Shown here: piece by piece, positions 38,640 through 52,491 of the stretch
Numbering within the stretch: the stretch's first letter is position 1
Layout: every line of letters starts with the position of its first letter
Source: Dendrobates tinctorius
Taxonomy: Eukaryota
Reading direction: 5' to 3'
DNA: 64,000 bases
NCBI RefSeq assembly: GCF_039654945.1
Contig: NW_027361924.1
Coordinates: forward strand, 5,890,001 to 5,954,000
Translations under genes and position numbers: made by a program
The notes under the pieces: model-generated
Seen by the model: the letters and a program-made list of their open reading frames with translations, nothing else
Told to the model about the DNA's origin: nothing
The model's database searches: none

Positions 38640-40178
38640 AGGGAACCTGTCACCAGTTTTTCCCATATAAAGTAAGGCCACTACCATTAGGGTCTTTATT
38701 ACAGCATCCTGGTAGGCTGTAGAAAAGTCCCCAATCCCCTTCCCACAGCTTTAATTATACTCACCTGCGGCACAGTCCAGTCTAATGGGCGTCTCTGGTC
38801 TTGATCCTTTTTCCTTAGGATCGCCGTCCTCCCTTCCTGCTTAGTTTGGATGATCCATCCTACGTCATCCACACTGTTCCCATCGCGCTTCTGGGCAGAC
38901 AAACGTCTCTCTGGCGTTCCCACAAAGCAAAGTGCTAAAGTACGCATGCGCATGAAAAGTCCAAAGAGCACTGATGACCTGACCTGGAAGTAAAGCCAGT
39001 GTATGTGCACTACATTCTTTTACTCTGCCCTCAGCAGGGCAGAGAGAAGTGCGCCAGTGCAGGAACGCGTTGGGAACACTGTGTGGATGACGTAGGACGC
39101 GTTTTCCACACAAAGCAAAGAAGACAGCGATTGCAAGAAGAGAGGAGATACCGGATCAAGACCAAAGTGTCACAAGGGTGTCAAGTCCCCCTGGAAGACT
39201 TGGAGCTGGACAGTCACGTTGGATAATGAATCACAGTCCTCTTTAGAGACGTGTGATTCATGTCCTAATGTAAATGGATTTCCCTTTCCTTCAGCATTGA
39301 GAGATTTAAGGACTCTTTCCATGCTGGTTGAGATTATACAGCCTGGTTGTTCTCAACTGCTTACCCTTTACTCCCTCTATATATACAGGCTCTGGGTGTT
39401 TAGTCCCTGCCGGTGAAAGATTCGTCTTCCTGTGCTGTGTGCTAAAGCTAAGTAGTTGAAGTTTGTAGTTGGAGTTGTTGTGTTCTGTAGTTTGCTGTAG
39501 TACATGTGTGTTTATCTCCTGGTACTTTTCCCATTTAGTTTATTTCTCCCAGTCCCTATCCTCCTCCCTATTGTTGGTTAGTGTTTTTGTATAATAGAGG
39601 TTTTCTGTTATCCCTGATTTGTTTTTGTGTCTGTTTTACCTTTCATTTCTGTCACATGCTTCATGTGGTGGTGGAGGGGACAGATTAGGGTTTTTACAGG
39701 ATCATAGTAAGGTTGGAGACTCTGGCCTCTCCACCTTTAAGAGTAACCCCGGGGCAGTGAAAGCTAGGGTCCCAGCTCCAGGGCCAGTTTGAGACCCCTC
39801 ATCCTTACTGAAGACTGTCACAGTGGGACACAAAGACACCTATCGTATCGGACTGCCCCATTTGTGATAATAAACCATAACTCCCAACAATAAACCATTC
39901 AGAAGGGATGAAGAGGCATGAACAGTAAAACATACCTCTTTATCCCTTCTGAATGGTATATTGTTGAGATTTATAGTCTATTATCGACAGTGGAGGCTAC
40001 AGTAAACCAATTAGGATTTTGGATTTATAACTATGCCCCATTTGTGAGTATAATAAAAGTTCTTTTCTGGGATCTGTAGAGAGGATTGGGGACTTTTTAC
40101 AACATTCCAGTATGATGTAAAAAAAAGGCCCTAATAGTGGTGGCTATACATTGTATGGGGAAAACCTGGTGACAGGTT
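38640..40178. mobile_element. T2/Kolobok-type MITE split by a solo LTR
   Basis: TTAA|AGGGAACCTGTCACCAG..CTGGTGACAGGTT; the inverted arms continue across the LTR. Confidence 0.8.
39168..39830 (+). mobile_element. Solo LTR, family C (663 bp), 5-bp TSD CAAAG
   Basis: TGTCAC..GGGACA termini; CAAAG on both sides; TATATA near 39378. Confidence 0.78.
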
Positions 40179-40436
40179 AAGCAAGGCCTTCCAGTGTTTT
40201 TTTTTTTTTGCAGGGGTAATCCCATAGTGGACAACCCCTTTAAGTGAAATATAAGAAAATTTATGTGTTCCTTCTTCACACCTTTAATCTAATAAAGTAA
40301 TTGCCTTTAAAAGAGCTGTCCATTGAGTAATCCCTCCAAATGGCTTAGAATTGAATTAAAAAAGTAGTATTCACCTCATCGATCCCAATGCTGCATCTGT
40401 TCTATATCTTCTTATGAGTCCCTTGTGTAGCCAGTG

Positions 40437-42168
40437 TGTTAGGGTTGGTGGATCACACTTTATTAGATACTTTATTTAGTGCGATCGCAACCCGGGGTCC
40501 ACTGTGCAGAGATGATAACCTGCTGCTAGTGAGTAATGGCGGAGCAGTGTGGCGAGCAATCACCAAGAACACACGGGGTTAAACATCACCCTGTGTGGAC
40601 TGACTGCAGATTACCCTACTCTGATAACTTCTCAGAGGGGTGATCACTGGCTGAGGAATACCAGCTCAGCTAGACGCCGAGTAGCAACGAAAATAAAACT
40701 ATTTTAGCTCCACTGAGTGGCGCAAAAATAAGAGTACCAAGCTCAGCTAACGGCTGAGAGGTACCAAAAGAGGTGTGTGCTATTCCCCAAAACAAAAGGG
40801 TTAAAGCAAGTGGGTTTGACTGTGCTCTGTAAACAGCCCGTGCTAACAGCACATGCGGCCGAGAGGCGCTAGGCCAAGCCACGGAAAAACCTGCCTCTCT
40901 AAGGAAAACTGGACGTTCACACACGCCGACAGAGAGGCAGAGTCTCCACCCACACACACATGACCGCAAATGATCTTAGAGCACCTACAGGCGCCTCAAG
41001 GTTCCTTTTATAGACTGTACTTAAGTCCAGTCAGACAGGACCTTAGTCGTGGACCAATCCAGGACTGCCACATCACAGGAGCAGCTGATGACTGAACACC
41101 AATGAGAGGTCGCCACCTCTCACGTACATGCTCAGTATTGTAATTCCCGGACTTAGCCTCAGGAACGTCTAATTGCCACTGCCTATTGCTAGTTACTATA
41201 GCTGCAGCTGGAGAGCCAGCAGTAGCAAAGCGCACAGCACAAGTCTGAGCAAGATGCTGACTGATGTCTCTGCTGAGCAGGCTCCACTGCAGTCGAAGCA
41301 GAATGGGGCACCGCAGAGGGAGATAAGGCTTGGATCTACCTTGTACAGAGAGAGAATCCCGGTGCCTATCATTATTCACCCGGTGAGCCTCGCTCTGCTC
41401 AAAAGTCACAATAATCTGTGGGGCACGAATGTGCTCAACAGGCTCCCAGGTCCTATCTTCCGGTCCATGACCCTTCCAGTTGACAGCAAAAAAATTTTTG
41501 CCATGCACTACCTTGGACCCGACAATCGCGTTCACCTCAAACTTGTCCGAAGATGTACCAGTAGTCCCAGCAGAAGACTCAAGAAACCGAAACATGTGAA
41601 CGAGTTTCAAGAGGGAGACGTGAAAGGTGTTGGTAATATTTAGGTGCGGTGGAAAGAGCAGGCGATACACTACAGAATTTGCCTGCTCAAGGACTTAAAA
41701 AGGACCTAAATAGCGAGGAGCAAATTTAGTGGAATCTACGTGAAGCTTGATACTATGAGCTGAGAGCCACACTAAATCCCCGGGTGCAAAGACAGGAGCG
41801 GAACAGTGATGCACATCAGCAGAGACCCTCATTCTCTCCTTAGAGGGCTTGATGGCATCCTACGTGCAGTCCCAGATGTCGCGAGCCTTCACAGCCCAAT
41901 CCACCACACTCAGAAGACGAACGGGCAGGGGCACAGGAAAACGTGGATGCTGACCATAATTGAGGAGGAACGGTGTCTGCCCTGTCTATTGCTAGTTACT
42001 ATAGCTGTAGCTGGAGAGTCAGCAGTAACAAAGCGCACAGCATGAGTCTGAGCAAGGTGCTGATACTGACATCTTTGCTGAGCAGCAGTTGAAGCCAAAT
42101 GGGGGACCGCAGAGGGAGATAAGCCTTGGCATCTACTTTGTGCAGAGGGAGAATCCTGGTGCCTAACA
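40437..42168 (-). mobile_element. Internally deleted Gypsy (chromovirus-type) element: partial LTR, integrase C-terminus with chromodomain, full 3' LTR (40437-41371)
   Basis: YRLLFPPHLNITNTFHVSLLK..FEVNAIV..VNWKGHGPEDRTWEP; about 41175-41371 is repeated at about 41975-42168; no matching TSD. Confidence 0.85.
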
Positions 42169-44362
42169 ATGATTGGCTGAGATGGCATTTCCAATATTAA
42201 AATGGAAATTGACAAGGTGGAAATTCTGTGCAATGAGAGAACAGGAGTAGCAGCAAATTGAGGAGGTGATCAATCCATTTTAATTTATTTTTTTTCACCC
42301 ACTCTGAGCATTGGCAAATCCTGCAGACAACACATTATTGCTGGGGTGTGAGATTGTAAGCTTTGTTGGGGTTTTAACTGATTTGAATGGTTCAACCCTA
42401 TGTATATCACTACGCAATATACTGGTGCTATAATATAAGTAAATAATTAATAATTAATAAAATGCTGGATGATTTGAATATAAGGCATCACGGTATCTGT
42501 ATTGATTTGTATTGTCAATTATATAATTGTACTTGCTGTTCTTGTTTTATAAGGGCAGCAAGCTGCATGGTACATTTCCCCCCTTGCATGTTCACATATG
42601 AAGGGGACTGTAATGGGGTTAAAAAACACCCCTTGCAAGTTAATCAGTATCATGTTGTTCTGCCCATATTAGCATTTATTATGGTCTTGCCAAAGACGTG
42701 GCTGCAGCACGACCAATGAAGCTTTTTCTGTTATTCCTTATGACTTAGGTCAAAAGTACTTTTAGCTTAAAATGCTTTCTCATAGTTGGATACTATGGTA
42801 ATCAGTGAAGTATGAAGCTTTTGTTCCACATTGAAAAATCTTCCTATATTGTGTTATTATGAAAATTCAGACTTGTCATAAGGACTTTGCATACATGCTA
42901 ACCAATATTTATATCAGTTTCTACAAAAAATACCCATGACAAAAGTGACCTGAAACCGTTGCAACTCCAGTCCTGTAAAATTCAGGGGCCTTCAAAATTC
43001 CAAGTGTATATAAGAAATTTTGTAATATATCTTTATCAGAGAAATATTTTTTTTTATTAACTTCAGCTCTTCCCCCTTACTGCTGACCTCATCATTTATT
43101 CTGAAAAACATCTACAGTATAATAAATCATGGTCAAAAGAAGAACAACTTCCAGCTCATTGAGGGATCAAATTCTGCTGCTAGGCGTATGGAGAGTGGGA
43201 AAGGAGAAACAAAGTGAGAGTGAGATGGAGACACACCTAGATCCTGCTGTTGCTTTCTAATTAGTGTTTTATATCAGTGGTTCACGATTAGATCCTGTCA
43301 CTATCACTGACAGGTGCAATACACTGAAATTCTGCAATTAAGGTGAGTGATCGTACAAGTGGGATTATAAAAAAAAAATAAAAGGTGAAAAAAAAAAAAT
43401 TCAAAAATGATATTGCTACAAAAAAAGAAAAATGTTCCACTATATAAACTGCAATAAAAAGCGATTAAACCATTAACTATACCGCTAACTTGTACCAATA
43501 AAAACTGTAGCTCATCACTCAAAAGAAACAAGTCCTCAGACAGCTCCATCCATGAAAAAACAAAAACCGTTAATATGAAAAAATGTGTAATGCTCCAGCT
43601 CAGTACAGTAGATTCTGTTACCAGATCATTCTTTCCAGCACAATGAATGCCATAAAAATGAAACCCATAGCAGAATTAAATTTTTTTTTCATATTTGTTT
43701 TTTTTTTTAATCTTCCTATTAATTATATGGTAAAATAAATGGTGTGATCCCAAACAAGAGCTTGTCCAGCAAGAAAAAAAAAGCCACCCGCATTGATATC
43801 GGGATGGAAAAATGAGAGAAGTTATCGCTCTTGGGAAAAAGGGGGAAAAAATAAAATTTGAATTCAGTTTTTGTCGCCTTGCTGGTGAGCATAGCCGGTA
43901 ACCTGAAGAATGTGACTGTATGTGTGTGACACATCCCTGGCCGGCGCCTACACATCTCCTACACGTCTCCTGGACTACCAATGAAAGAATACCTGAGAAA
44001 ATCTAATAATAGACAGAGATGCTCTGATGGGGGTCACAGTGACACATTACTTGGCGAGTAAACCTTGCTATAAGGTGAGCAGTCTTATTAACTATTTGAA
44101 GACAATACATGGAGGCAGATGCCGAAGTTTTTATCAGTTGGGTCTGGAGGACTTTCTTCAGTTTTCTTCATGGCTGGTGACAGCCTGTACAGGGTTCCCC
44201 ATCTCCAAACACACTGCAAGCAAGGAGTTCAATCAAACACCAGGTCCTCCTTAGGGTTTAGTAATGCAAGAAGGGCAGTCCCCACCATTATTTAATTTTT
44301 TTTAGTGTTCAAGATGTGATTTTTCCATTTTAGGATCAATTTTTTTCATCGGTGCATTCCAC

Positions 44363-45518
44363 TGTAAGGAGGTAGACCGGACCTGCATGTCTGGTCCGGA
44401 ACTGAAAGGGCTGCATCCTCTGTTTACGGGGGGGGGGAAGCCTGAGTGAGGCGGACCTTCCCCTGCGGCAGGAGGGAAGGAGGAGAGAGACGGGGATTCC
44501 TGTTGACAGGAGGGGGCGGGGAGAGCTTAGGGAGAGCACGCTGACACAGGGGTATAAGAAGGAAAAGTGCGCGCTGCAGCAGGAGTTGGCGCCAAGTAAG
44601 TGCAGCGCGCAGAGCAGAGAAGAGCGTGCTCTGCCCCCCCCTCCAGAGAGTGCTGGCCCTGTGACAGGCCATGCTGCTGCTGTCTAGAATAGGAGCTGTG
44701 GTGCTGGGGGGGGATTAGCTGTGCCAGCAGAACGTAGCCGTATCAGCAGAGCGGAGTGTGCGGAGCCGTGTGAAGCTAAGCCAGGTGCCGAACACTATGA
44801 GACAGTGAGTGCCACACCCGCTCTGCCCAAGAGTGACCGCATACTCGAAAGACCCCTCCGGCTGAGGACTGAGACAGACACAGTACGCGGTGAACGCCCT
44901 TTGTGTGAACATGTACCCACCAGCCTCCATGACCGGGGTAGACTCCCCTGACAAGCCTGAGACAGTCACTACTGCGTGCAGGTCTGGCGTGCGCAGAGAC
45001 AGACCTAAGCTCCTGAGAGTAGTATCTGGACTGACCGAGGAGCGCTGCATCGATCCTGCGGTGACACATTCTGAGTGTGGACTTGTGACTATGAGGGGTG
45101 AGAGCAGGACCCCCTCTCACTGCCCAGCATCCTGTTGTTTTCCCCTGGAGGCCGTTTATTCATCGTGGTCAGAGACTTGAGAGACTGCATGTGCCGCTGT
45201 TGTTGGTGTCACCGTTGTATCCCCACCTATCAGAGACTGCGTCAAGACGACCAAGCCGCTGTTGCCGGTGCCAACGTTGGAACCCTGTACTTCCTCACAA
45301 CAGAAGACTACAGTCTGATAAGTTTAACCTCTTTATTACTGAACTCTCGTTCATCCCTCACCTACCCTGCCAACCTTCCAGTTCTGCCCCATTCCTCTCC
45401 GTCACCCTGCAATCCCTCACTCCCTGCATGTCGCACATCCCCCTGTAAATAAACCTGTTTAACCCTTGCTCTGCCTCCCCGTGCGTGACTGCATCCCACA
45501 TTCCTGCAGGTTATCACA
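44363..45518 (+). mobile_element. Solo LTR, family D (1156 bp), GC-rich
   Basis: TGTAA..TCACA termini; flanks CCAC/CCAT (4-bp TSD, one mismatch); TATAA at 44553; AATAAA at 45448. Confidence 0.72.
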
Positions 45519-46487
45519 CCATCACTGATGACGTCTCATTGTCTATTGTCCCTCTTGTTTGTCAATGCTCAAGTTCTCGCCGCCCAGTTATCCCTACCCC
45601 ACCTTGACATGACAGCTTGTTGTGATTCAGATAACTGCAAAGGGACAGAAAATATAACTAAACTCTTCTGCTCTTTGTGGGCAACAACTGATCCAAATCA
45701 AGAAGGGAAAGCACAGAGGATAAGGAAAGAGACGTAAAATCAAAACGGGACCCCAGGTAAGGGCCAGTGATGGGGGTGATGGGGGGAAGGAGAAGAGGGG
45801 ACATCGTTAGCTGTAGCTAAATGTTTATATTTTTGAATTTTTCAAATATGTTTTTAGTGAAGTTGTTACAGAAAGTTACATGACGGAAAATAATGACAAA
45901 GGGCAGAAAAGAAGCAATTCCTGTATTTCTCTGTAATTTCTGCCATTATGTAATCTGGGAGCTGTGTAGATCGGGGATAAAAGTGAATTAAAGTACAAAT
46001 CTGATATGAAAAGTCTTGATAAGGGGTCCTTGACGTTCAGGACCAAGTGCCCTATCATCTCATCTTTGTATTTGTGGTAGTTCTGAGTGTCTGTGTGTGT
46101 TTGGAAAAAGACCTACAACAATCAGAAAGTGAAGACCTAAAGGATACTAAAATCCAAGCCCCCTATAGCATATTTTCTGGTCAGCACCGGCCCACCCTGG
46201 AACTGTGCAGAAAAATGGCATTTCAGCTCTTTTCAGTAATCTAATTTGATCACATTTCAGACCCATGTACGGCAAAAAAGGACATTTTGTTTCCATTGTA
46301 ATGTTAGATCAATGTACAAAAAATCCATAAAGTTCACTCCTTCATTCATCATATTTTCCTTTCTCATGGCTCCATTCACCGTACCACCATTACTTTATAC
46401 CTCCATTCATATTTCAGCTCATCATGCCGGTATTATACCTTTCTTCATCATGCCACCATTTTTCAGAACGATATTCGCCGTCGAAAA

Positions 46488-46780
46488 AGCACCTCCACCG
46501 ATCCGCCCAAGAATCGATGTCTCCATTAAGAAGCACATGTGAAACCTAAGAAACCTAATCAAATGCAACCAAATGTTAAGACCCCGAGCAAAATGCTTGG
46601 ATGCCGCCGAGCTTTTATGTAGTGTCTTATTAACGACATCTCAGAGATGCCTTCTTCTATAATCTTTCAAGGGACGTCTCGGCAGCATCCAAGCATTCTG
46701 CTCAGACACATAATGGCAATGTTCAGAAATGTGTCTTAATGGGGACATCAATCCTAGTGCGGATTGGTGGAGGTGGATTT
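46488..46780. mobile_element. Old MITE-like inverted-repeat remnant
   Basis: CACCTCCACCGATCCGC..CCATTAAG pairs with CTTAATGG..GCGGATTGGTGGAGGTG; inner CTTGGATGC/GCATCCAAG pair. Confidence 0.55.
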
Positions 46781-47923
46781 AGATCGGCCCACAGGAAATG
46801 CCGAGGAAACTTTTTCATTATCTATGCAATGAATAAGATCGTCTGATCGCGTCTGCCCTGGTTTTAATTTTTTATGAAGCCGCAACTTCTTTATTTCTCA
46901 TGAATTTGTTACAATAAAAACGGACATTTAACAGAAGATTTGGATGCAGGACCTTTACTTATTTACTGCCTTTTGCCTTGCTGCACAGCAAGTGTCCATG
47001 CAATCAAATCCTAGAAGTGAGAGCTGACGTTCATTCTTTCATACAATCATCATACATTTACCTATCATACCTCCCTTCCTCGTGCCTCTATCTGTAATAC
47101 CTTCCTTCTCTATTCCTTCCTTTAATATTCATTCATTCATTACACCTTTATCATCTTACCTCTATCTATCATACCTCCATATATCATACCTCCATCTATC
47201 ATACCTCCATATATCATACCTCCATCTGTCATACCTCCATATATCATACCTCCATCTATCATAGCTCCATCTATCATAGCTCCATCTATCATAGCTTCAT
47301 CTATCATAGCTCCATCCATCATACCTCCATCTATCATAGCGCCAGCTACCATAGCTTCATCTATCATAGCTCCATCTATCATAGCTCCATCTATCATAGC
47401 TCCATCTATCACAGCTCTATCTATCATAGCTCCATCATACCTCCATCCATCATACCTCCATCTATCATACCTTCAGCTATCATAGCTCCATCTATCATAG
47501 CTCCATCTATTATAGCTTCATCTATCATAGCTCCATCTATCATAGCTCCATCCATCATACCTCCATCTATCAAAGCGCCATTGACCATAGCTTCATCTTT
47601 CATAGCCCCATCTATCATAGCTCCATCTATCATACCTCCATCTATCATAGCTCCATCTATCACAGCTCCATCTATCATAGCTCCATCATACCTCCATCCA
47701 TCATACCTCCATCTATCATACCTCCATCTATCATAGCTCTATCTATCATAGCTCCATCTATCACAGCTCCATCTATCACAGCTCCATTTATCATAGCTCC
47801 ATCTATCATAGCTCCATCTATCATAGCTCCATCTATCATAGCTTCATCTATCATAGCTCCATCCATCATACCTCCATCTATCATAGTGCCATCGACCATA
47901 GCTTCATCTATCATAGCCCCATC

Positions 47924-48839
47924 TGTTATAAATGAATCACCTAGGAGGAAAAACAAAAACAAGCTAAGCCACAGAAAACCAGAGATGTTGGTAACTAAGT
48001 GGATTGCAGACCCCTGATCCTATCCACACAACTAGCAGTAGCCGTGGAGCGTCCTATGATGATCCTAGACACTTCGTCACAGCCGAAGAACTAAATAAGC
48101 CTAAAGCAAGAAAAGGGGAAATCTAAACTGCCCCGGAGCAGACCCCAAAGCAATAGACAGCCCCCAAAGATGTATTGACGGTGAGACAACATGAAAACAC
48201 AAACACAGATAGAAAAATAGGCTGAGCAAACGATGGGGCCCACACTGACTAGAAAGGACAGGAAAGGAAAGACGCTGTCTGCAATCATGCACAAAACCCT
48301 GCCAAAAAAATGTCCAACACTTTCTGATAACAAAAACCCTGAAGTCGCTAGACTTCAATTCCCTATATCAGCACTCTGGTATATTCTGAAGACAGAGCAA
48401 AAAGAGACCAATCTGATCAGGGACAAAAAGCAAACTGGCATAAACAGAGACATAAGAATGGAAATTCAACACAGTCCCAGCAGGGGCTGGCTGACCACAA
48501 AAACTGAGTAAACTAGACCAAATCTCATGTGAAAAAATAGCAGAGCACACTTAGCTTGAGAAGGCAGGAACAGAACTGGAAACCAGAACCTCAGGGCAGG
48601 AAAAACTCACCAGCACAAAATTAGGGAGTCGGCTGTCTTAAATCCAGTCAGAGACTCCTGATGTCCACTCACAGTCCTCCTCCTCAGGTGACAGGTCTCT
48701 GCCATTTAGATCAGCTTCATTACCTACTGTCACCACTAGAGGGAGCCCGGATGAAGAACTCACGACTCCTTTGTCAATACAGCCAGCTCCAGCATCCTCA
48801 CCAGAAGCCAGAGGTAAACCAGAAAATGAGTTCACAACA
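47924..48839 (-). mobile_element. Solo LTR, family A relative (916 bp), 6-bp TSD CCCATC
   Basis: TGTTATAAATGAATCACC..GAGTTCACAACA; homologous to 16838-17633; CCCATC on both sides. Confidence 0.9.
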
Positions 48840-50292
48840 CCCATCTATCATAGCTCCATCTATCATACCTCCATCTATCATAGCTCCATCATACCTCCAT
48901 CCATCATACCTCCATCTATCATACCTTCAGCTATCTTTCCTCCATCTATCATAGCTCCAACTATCATAGCTCCATCTATTATAGCTTCATCTACCATAGC
49001 TCCATCTATCACAGCTCCATCTATCATACCTCCAGCTATCATAGCTCCATCTATGATAGCTCCATCTTACCTCTAGCTATCATACCTCCATCTATCATGG
49101 CTCCATCTATCATAGCTCCATCTATCACAGCTCCATCTATCATACCTCCATATATCATACCTCCATCTATCATAGCTCCATTTATCATACCTCCATCTAT
49201 CATAGCTCCATCTATCATAGCTCCATTTATCATACCTCCATCTATCATAGCTCCATCTATCATAGCTCCATCTTACCTCTATCTATCATACCTCCATCTA
49301 TCATGCCTCCATCTATCATAGCTCCATCTATCATAGCTCCATCTATCATAGCTCGATCTATCATAGCTCCATCTATCACAGCTCCATCTATCATACCTCC
49401 ATATATCATACCTCCATCTATCATAGCTCCATTTATCATACCTCCATCTATCATAGCTCCATCAATCATAGCTTCATCTATCATAGCTCCATCTATCATA
49501 GCTCCATTTATCATACCTCCATCTATCATAGCTCCATCTATCATAGCTCAATCTATCATACCTCCATATATCATACCTCCATCTATCATAGCTCCATCTA
49601 TCATAGCTCCATTTATCATACCTCCATCTATCACAGCTCCATCTATCATAGCTCCATCATACCTCCATCCATCATACCTTCAGCTATCATACCTCCATCT
49701 ATCATACCTCCATCTATCATAGCTCCATCTATCATACCTCCATCTATCATAGCTCCATCTATCATACCTCCATCTATCATACCTACATCTATCACAGCTC
49801 CATTTATCATAGCTCCATCTATCAGACCTCCATCTATCATACCTCCATCTATCATACCTCCATCCACCATACCTCCATCTATTATAGCTCCATCATACCT
49901 CCATCCATCATACCTCCATCCATCGTACCTCCATCTATCATACCTCCACCTATCATACCTCCACCTATCATAGCTCCACCTATCATAGCTCCATCTATCA
50001 TAGCTCTATCTATCAAACCTCCATCTATCATACCTCCATCTATCATAGCTCCATTTATCATACCTCCATCTATCATACCTCCATCATACCTCTATCCATC
50101 ATACCGCCATCTATCATAGCTCCAGCTATCATACCTCCATTTATCATAACTCCATTTATCATACCTCATCTATCATGCCTCCATCATACCTCCATCCATC
50201 ATACCTCCATCTATCATAGCTCCATCATACCTCCATCCATCATACCTCCATCCATCATACCTCCATCTCATACCTTCAGCTATCATGCCTCC

Positions 50293-50327
<35 letters not shown>

Positions 50328-52397
50328 CTTTATTTATATAGCGCCATCATATTCCGCAGCGCTTTACAGTTTCAAAACACAAGTCATAAGTAACAACGTT
50401 AATAATACAATAATTAAGGCAAAATAAGACGAAATAAGACGACCCTGCTCGTGAGAGCTTACAATCTACCATGAGGTGAGGGAGATACAAAGTACAGGTG
50501 TGTATTTACAATTGTATATTTACAATGAAGGTCCAGCCATCTTGAGGGAGTGAAGGATGGATGGAGATAGTGAATGGGCTACACACGCACACTTACACAT
50601 AGAATGACTTTGATTAGTGAATGTGATAGGCCGCTCTGAACAAATGTGTTTTGAGGGAGCGCCTAAAACTATGCAAATTGTGGTTAGTCCTAATTTCTTG
50701 GGGTAGAGCATTCCAGAGGATAGGAGCAGCACGGCAAAGTCTTGGAGTCGGGAGTTGGAGGTACGGATTAGTGCAGAGGTTAGTCGAAAGTTGTTTGCAG
50801 AGCGCAGCGATCGGCTAGGCCGATAGACAGAAATGAGGGAGGAGATGTAGGGGGTGCCGCACTGTGGAGAGCTTTGTGGGTGAGAACAAGTACTTTGAAT
50901 TGGATCCTATAATGAATGGGCAGCCAATGTAAGGACTGACGAAGAGCGGACACGTTCGAGTACCGATTAGCCAGATGGACGACTCTGGCTGCTGCATTAA
51001 GTATGGACAGTTGAGGGGATAGTCGAGTGAGGGGGAGGCCAATTAATAGAGCGTTGCAGTAATCCAGGCGGGAGTGGATCAATGCTACAGTGAGGGTTTT
51101 TGTTGTTTCCATGGTGAGAAAAGGGCGGATTCTAGAGATGTTCTTTAGGTGTAAGCGGCTAGAGCGGGCAAGAGATTGTATATGGGATGTGAAGGAGAGA
51201 TTGGTGTCAGACATAACACCCAGACAGCGCGCCTGCTGCCGGGGAGTTATTGTGGTACCACCCACAGAGAGGGAAATGTCAGATTTAGGGAGGTTAGTAG
51301 ATGGTGGGAGCAGAAGATGTTCAGTTTTGGAGAGGTTGAGTTTCAGATAGAGAGTGGACATGATATTGGAGACTGCGAACAGACAGTCACTGGCGTTCTG
51401 TAGTACAGAGGGGGTAAGGTCGGGGGATGACGTATATAGTTGTGTGTCATCAGCATAAAGATGGTACCGAAAGCCAAATCTGCTGATGGTCTGTCCAATT
51501 GGGGCTGTGTAGAGAGAGAAGAGAAGGGGGCCAAGGACTGAGCCCTGAGGTACCCCGACAGCATGAGGAAGAGGAGATTACGTGGAGCCAGAGAACAAAA
51601 CACTGAAGGAGCGGTCAGAGAGATAGGAAGAGAACCAGGAGAGTGCAGTGTCCTTAATGCCTAGTGACTGGAGCCTATGGAGTAGGAGATGGTGGTCAAC
51701 AGTATCAAAAGCTGCAGGTAGGTCAGAAGAATGAGCAGAGAGTGGTCACCGTTACATTTTGCTGTCAGAAGGTCATTGGTCACTTTGATGAGTGCAGTTT
51801 TAGTCGAATGTAGGGGGCGGAAGCCGGACTGTGAAGGGTCTAGAAGGGAGTGAGTGGAGAGGTAACGGGTAAGGCGGGAGTAAACTAGGCGCTCCAAAAG
51901 TTTAGAGATGAAGGGGAGATTGGAGACTGGTCTGTAGTTGTTTGTGCAGGATGGGTCGAGAGCAGGTCTCTTTAGTAATGGAGTAACGATGGCGTGTTTG
52001 AAGGAGGATGGGAAAATGCCCGAGGAGAGGGAGAGATTAAAGATTGTAGTTAGGTGGGTTGTGACGACTGGAGACTGGAGGAGATGTGAGGGAATGGGGT
52101 CGGTAGTGCATGTAGTCGGACGAGAAGAAGAGAGGAGTCTGGAGACTTCTTCTTCTGTGATGGGATCAAATGTGGAAAGTGAGCCAGGGGAGATGCAGGA
52201 AGGGATGGGAGTCACAGCACTTGGTGGTTGGGAGCAGATTTCCTGACGGATATTTTCTATTTTTTCTGTAAAGTGGGAGGCCAGGTCATCAGCACAAATG
52301 TCTGTGATAGGGGCTTGTGCTTTTGGCCTGAGGAGGGAGTGAAAAGTGTCAAAAAGTTTCTTGGGGTTGTTGGCTAGTGAGGAGATCAGGGTGGTGA
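50293..52397 (-). mobile_element. 5'-truncated L2 LINE inside the satellite
   Basis: [35 protein letters not shown]; (TAT)n tail. Confidence 0.93.
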
Positions 52398-52491
52398 TCC
52401 ATCTATCATACCTCCTTCAATCATAGCTCCATCATACCTGCATCTATCATACCTCCATCTATCATACCTCCATCATATCTCCATCCATCAT

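Noticed and set aside
41008-41670. Chromodomain ORF as a host chromatin gene
   Set aside because: It follows an integrase C-terminal motif and reads into the LTR, so it is part of the Gypsy element.
43400-43870. A-rich fragments resembling an old DNA-transposon derivative
   Set aside because: No termini or TSD could be defined.
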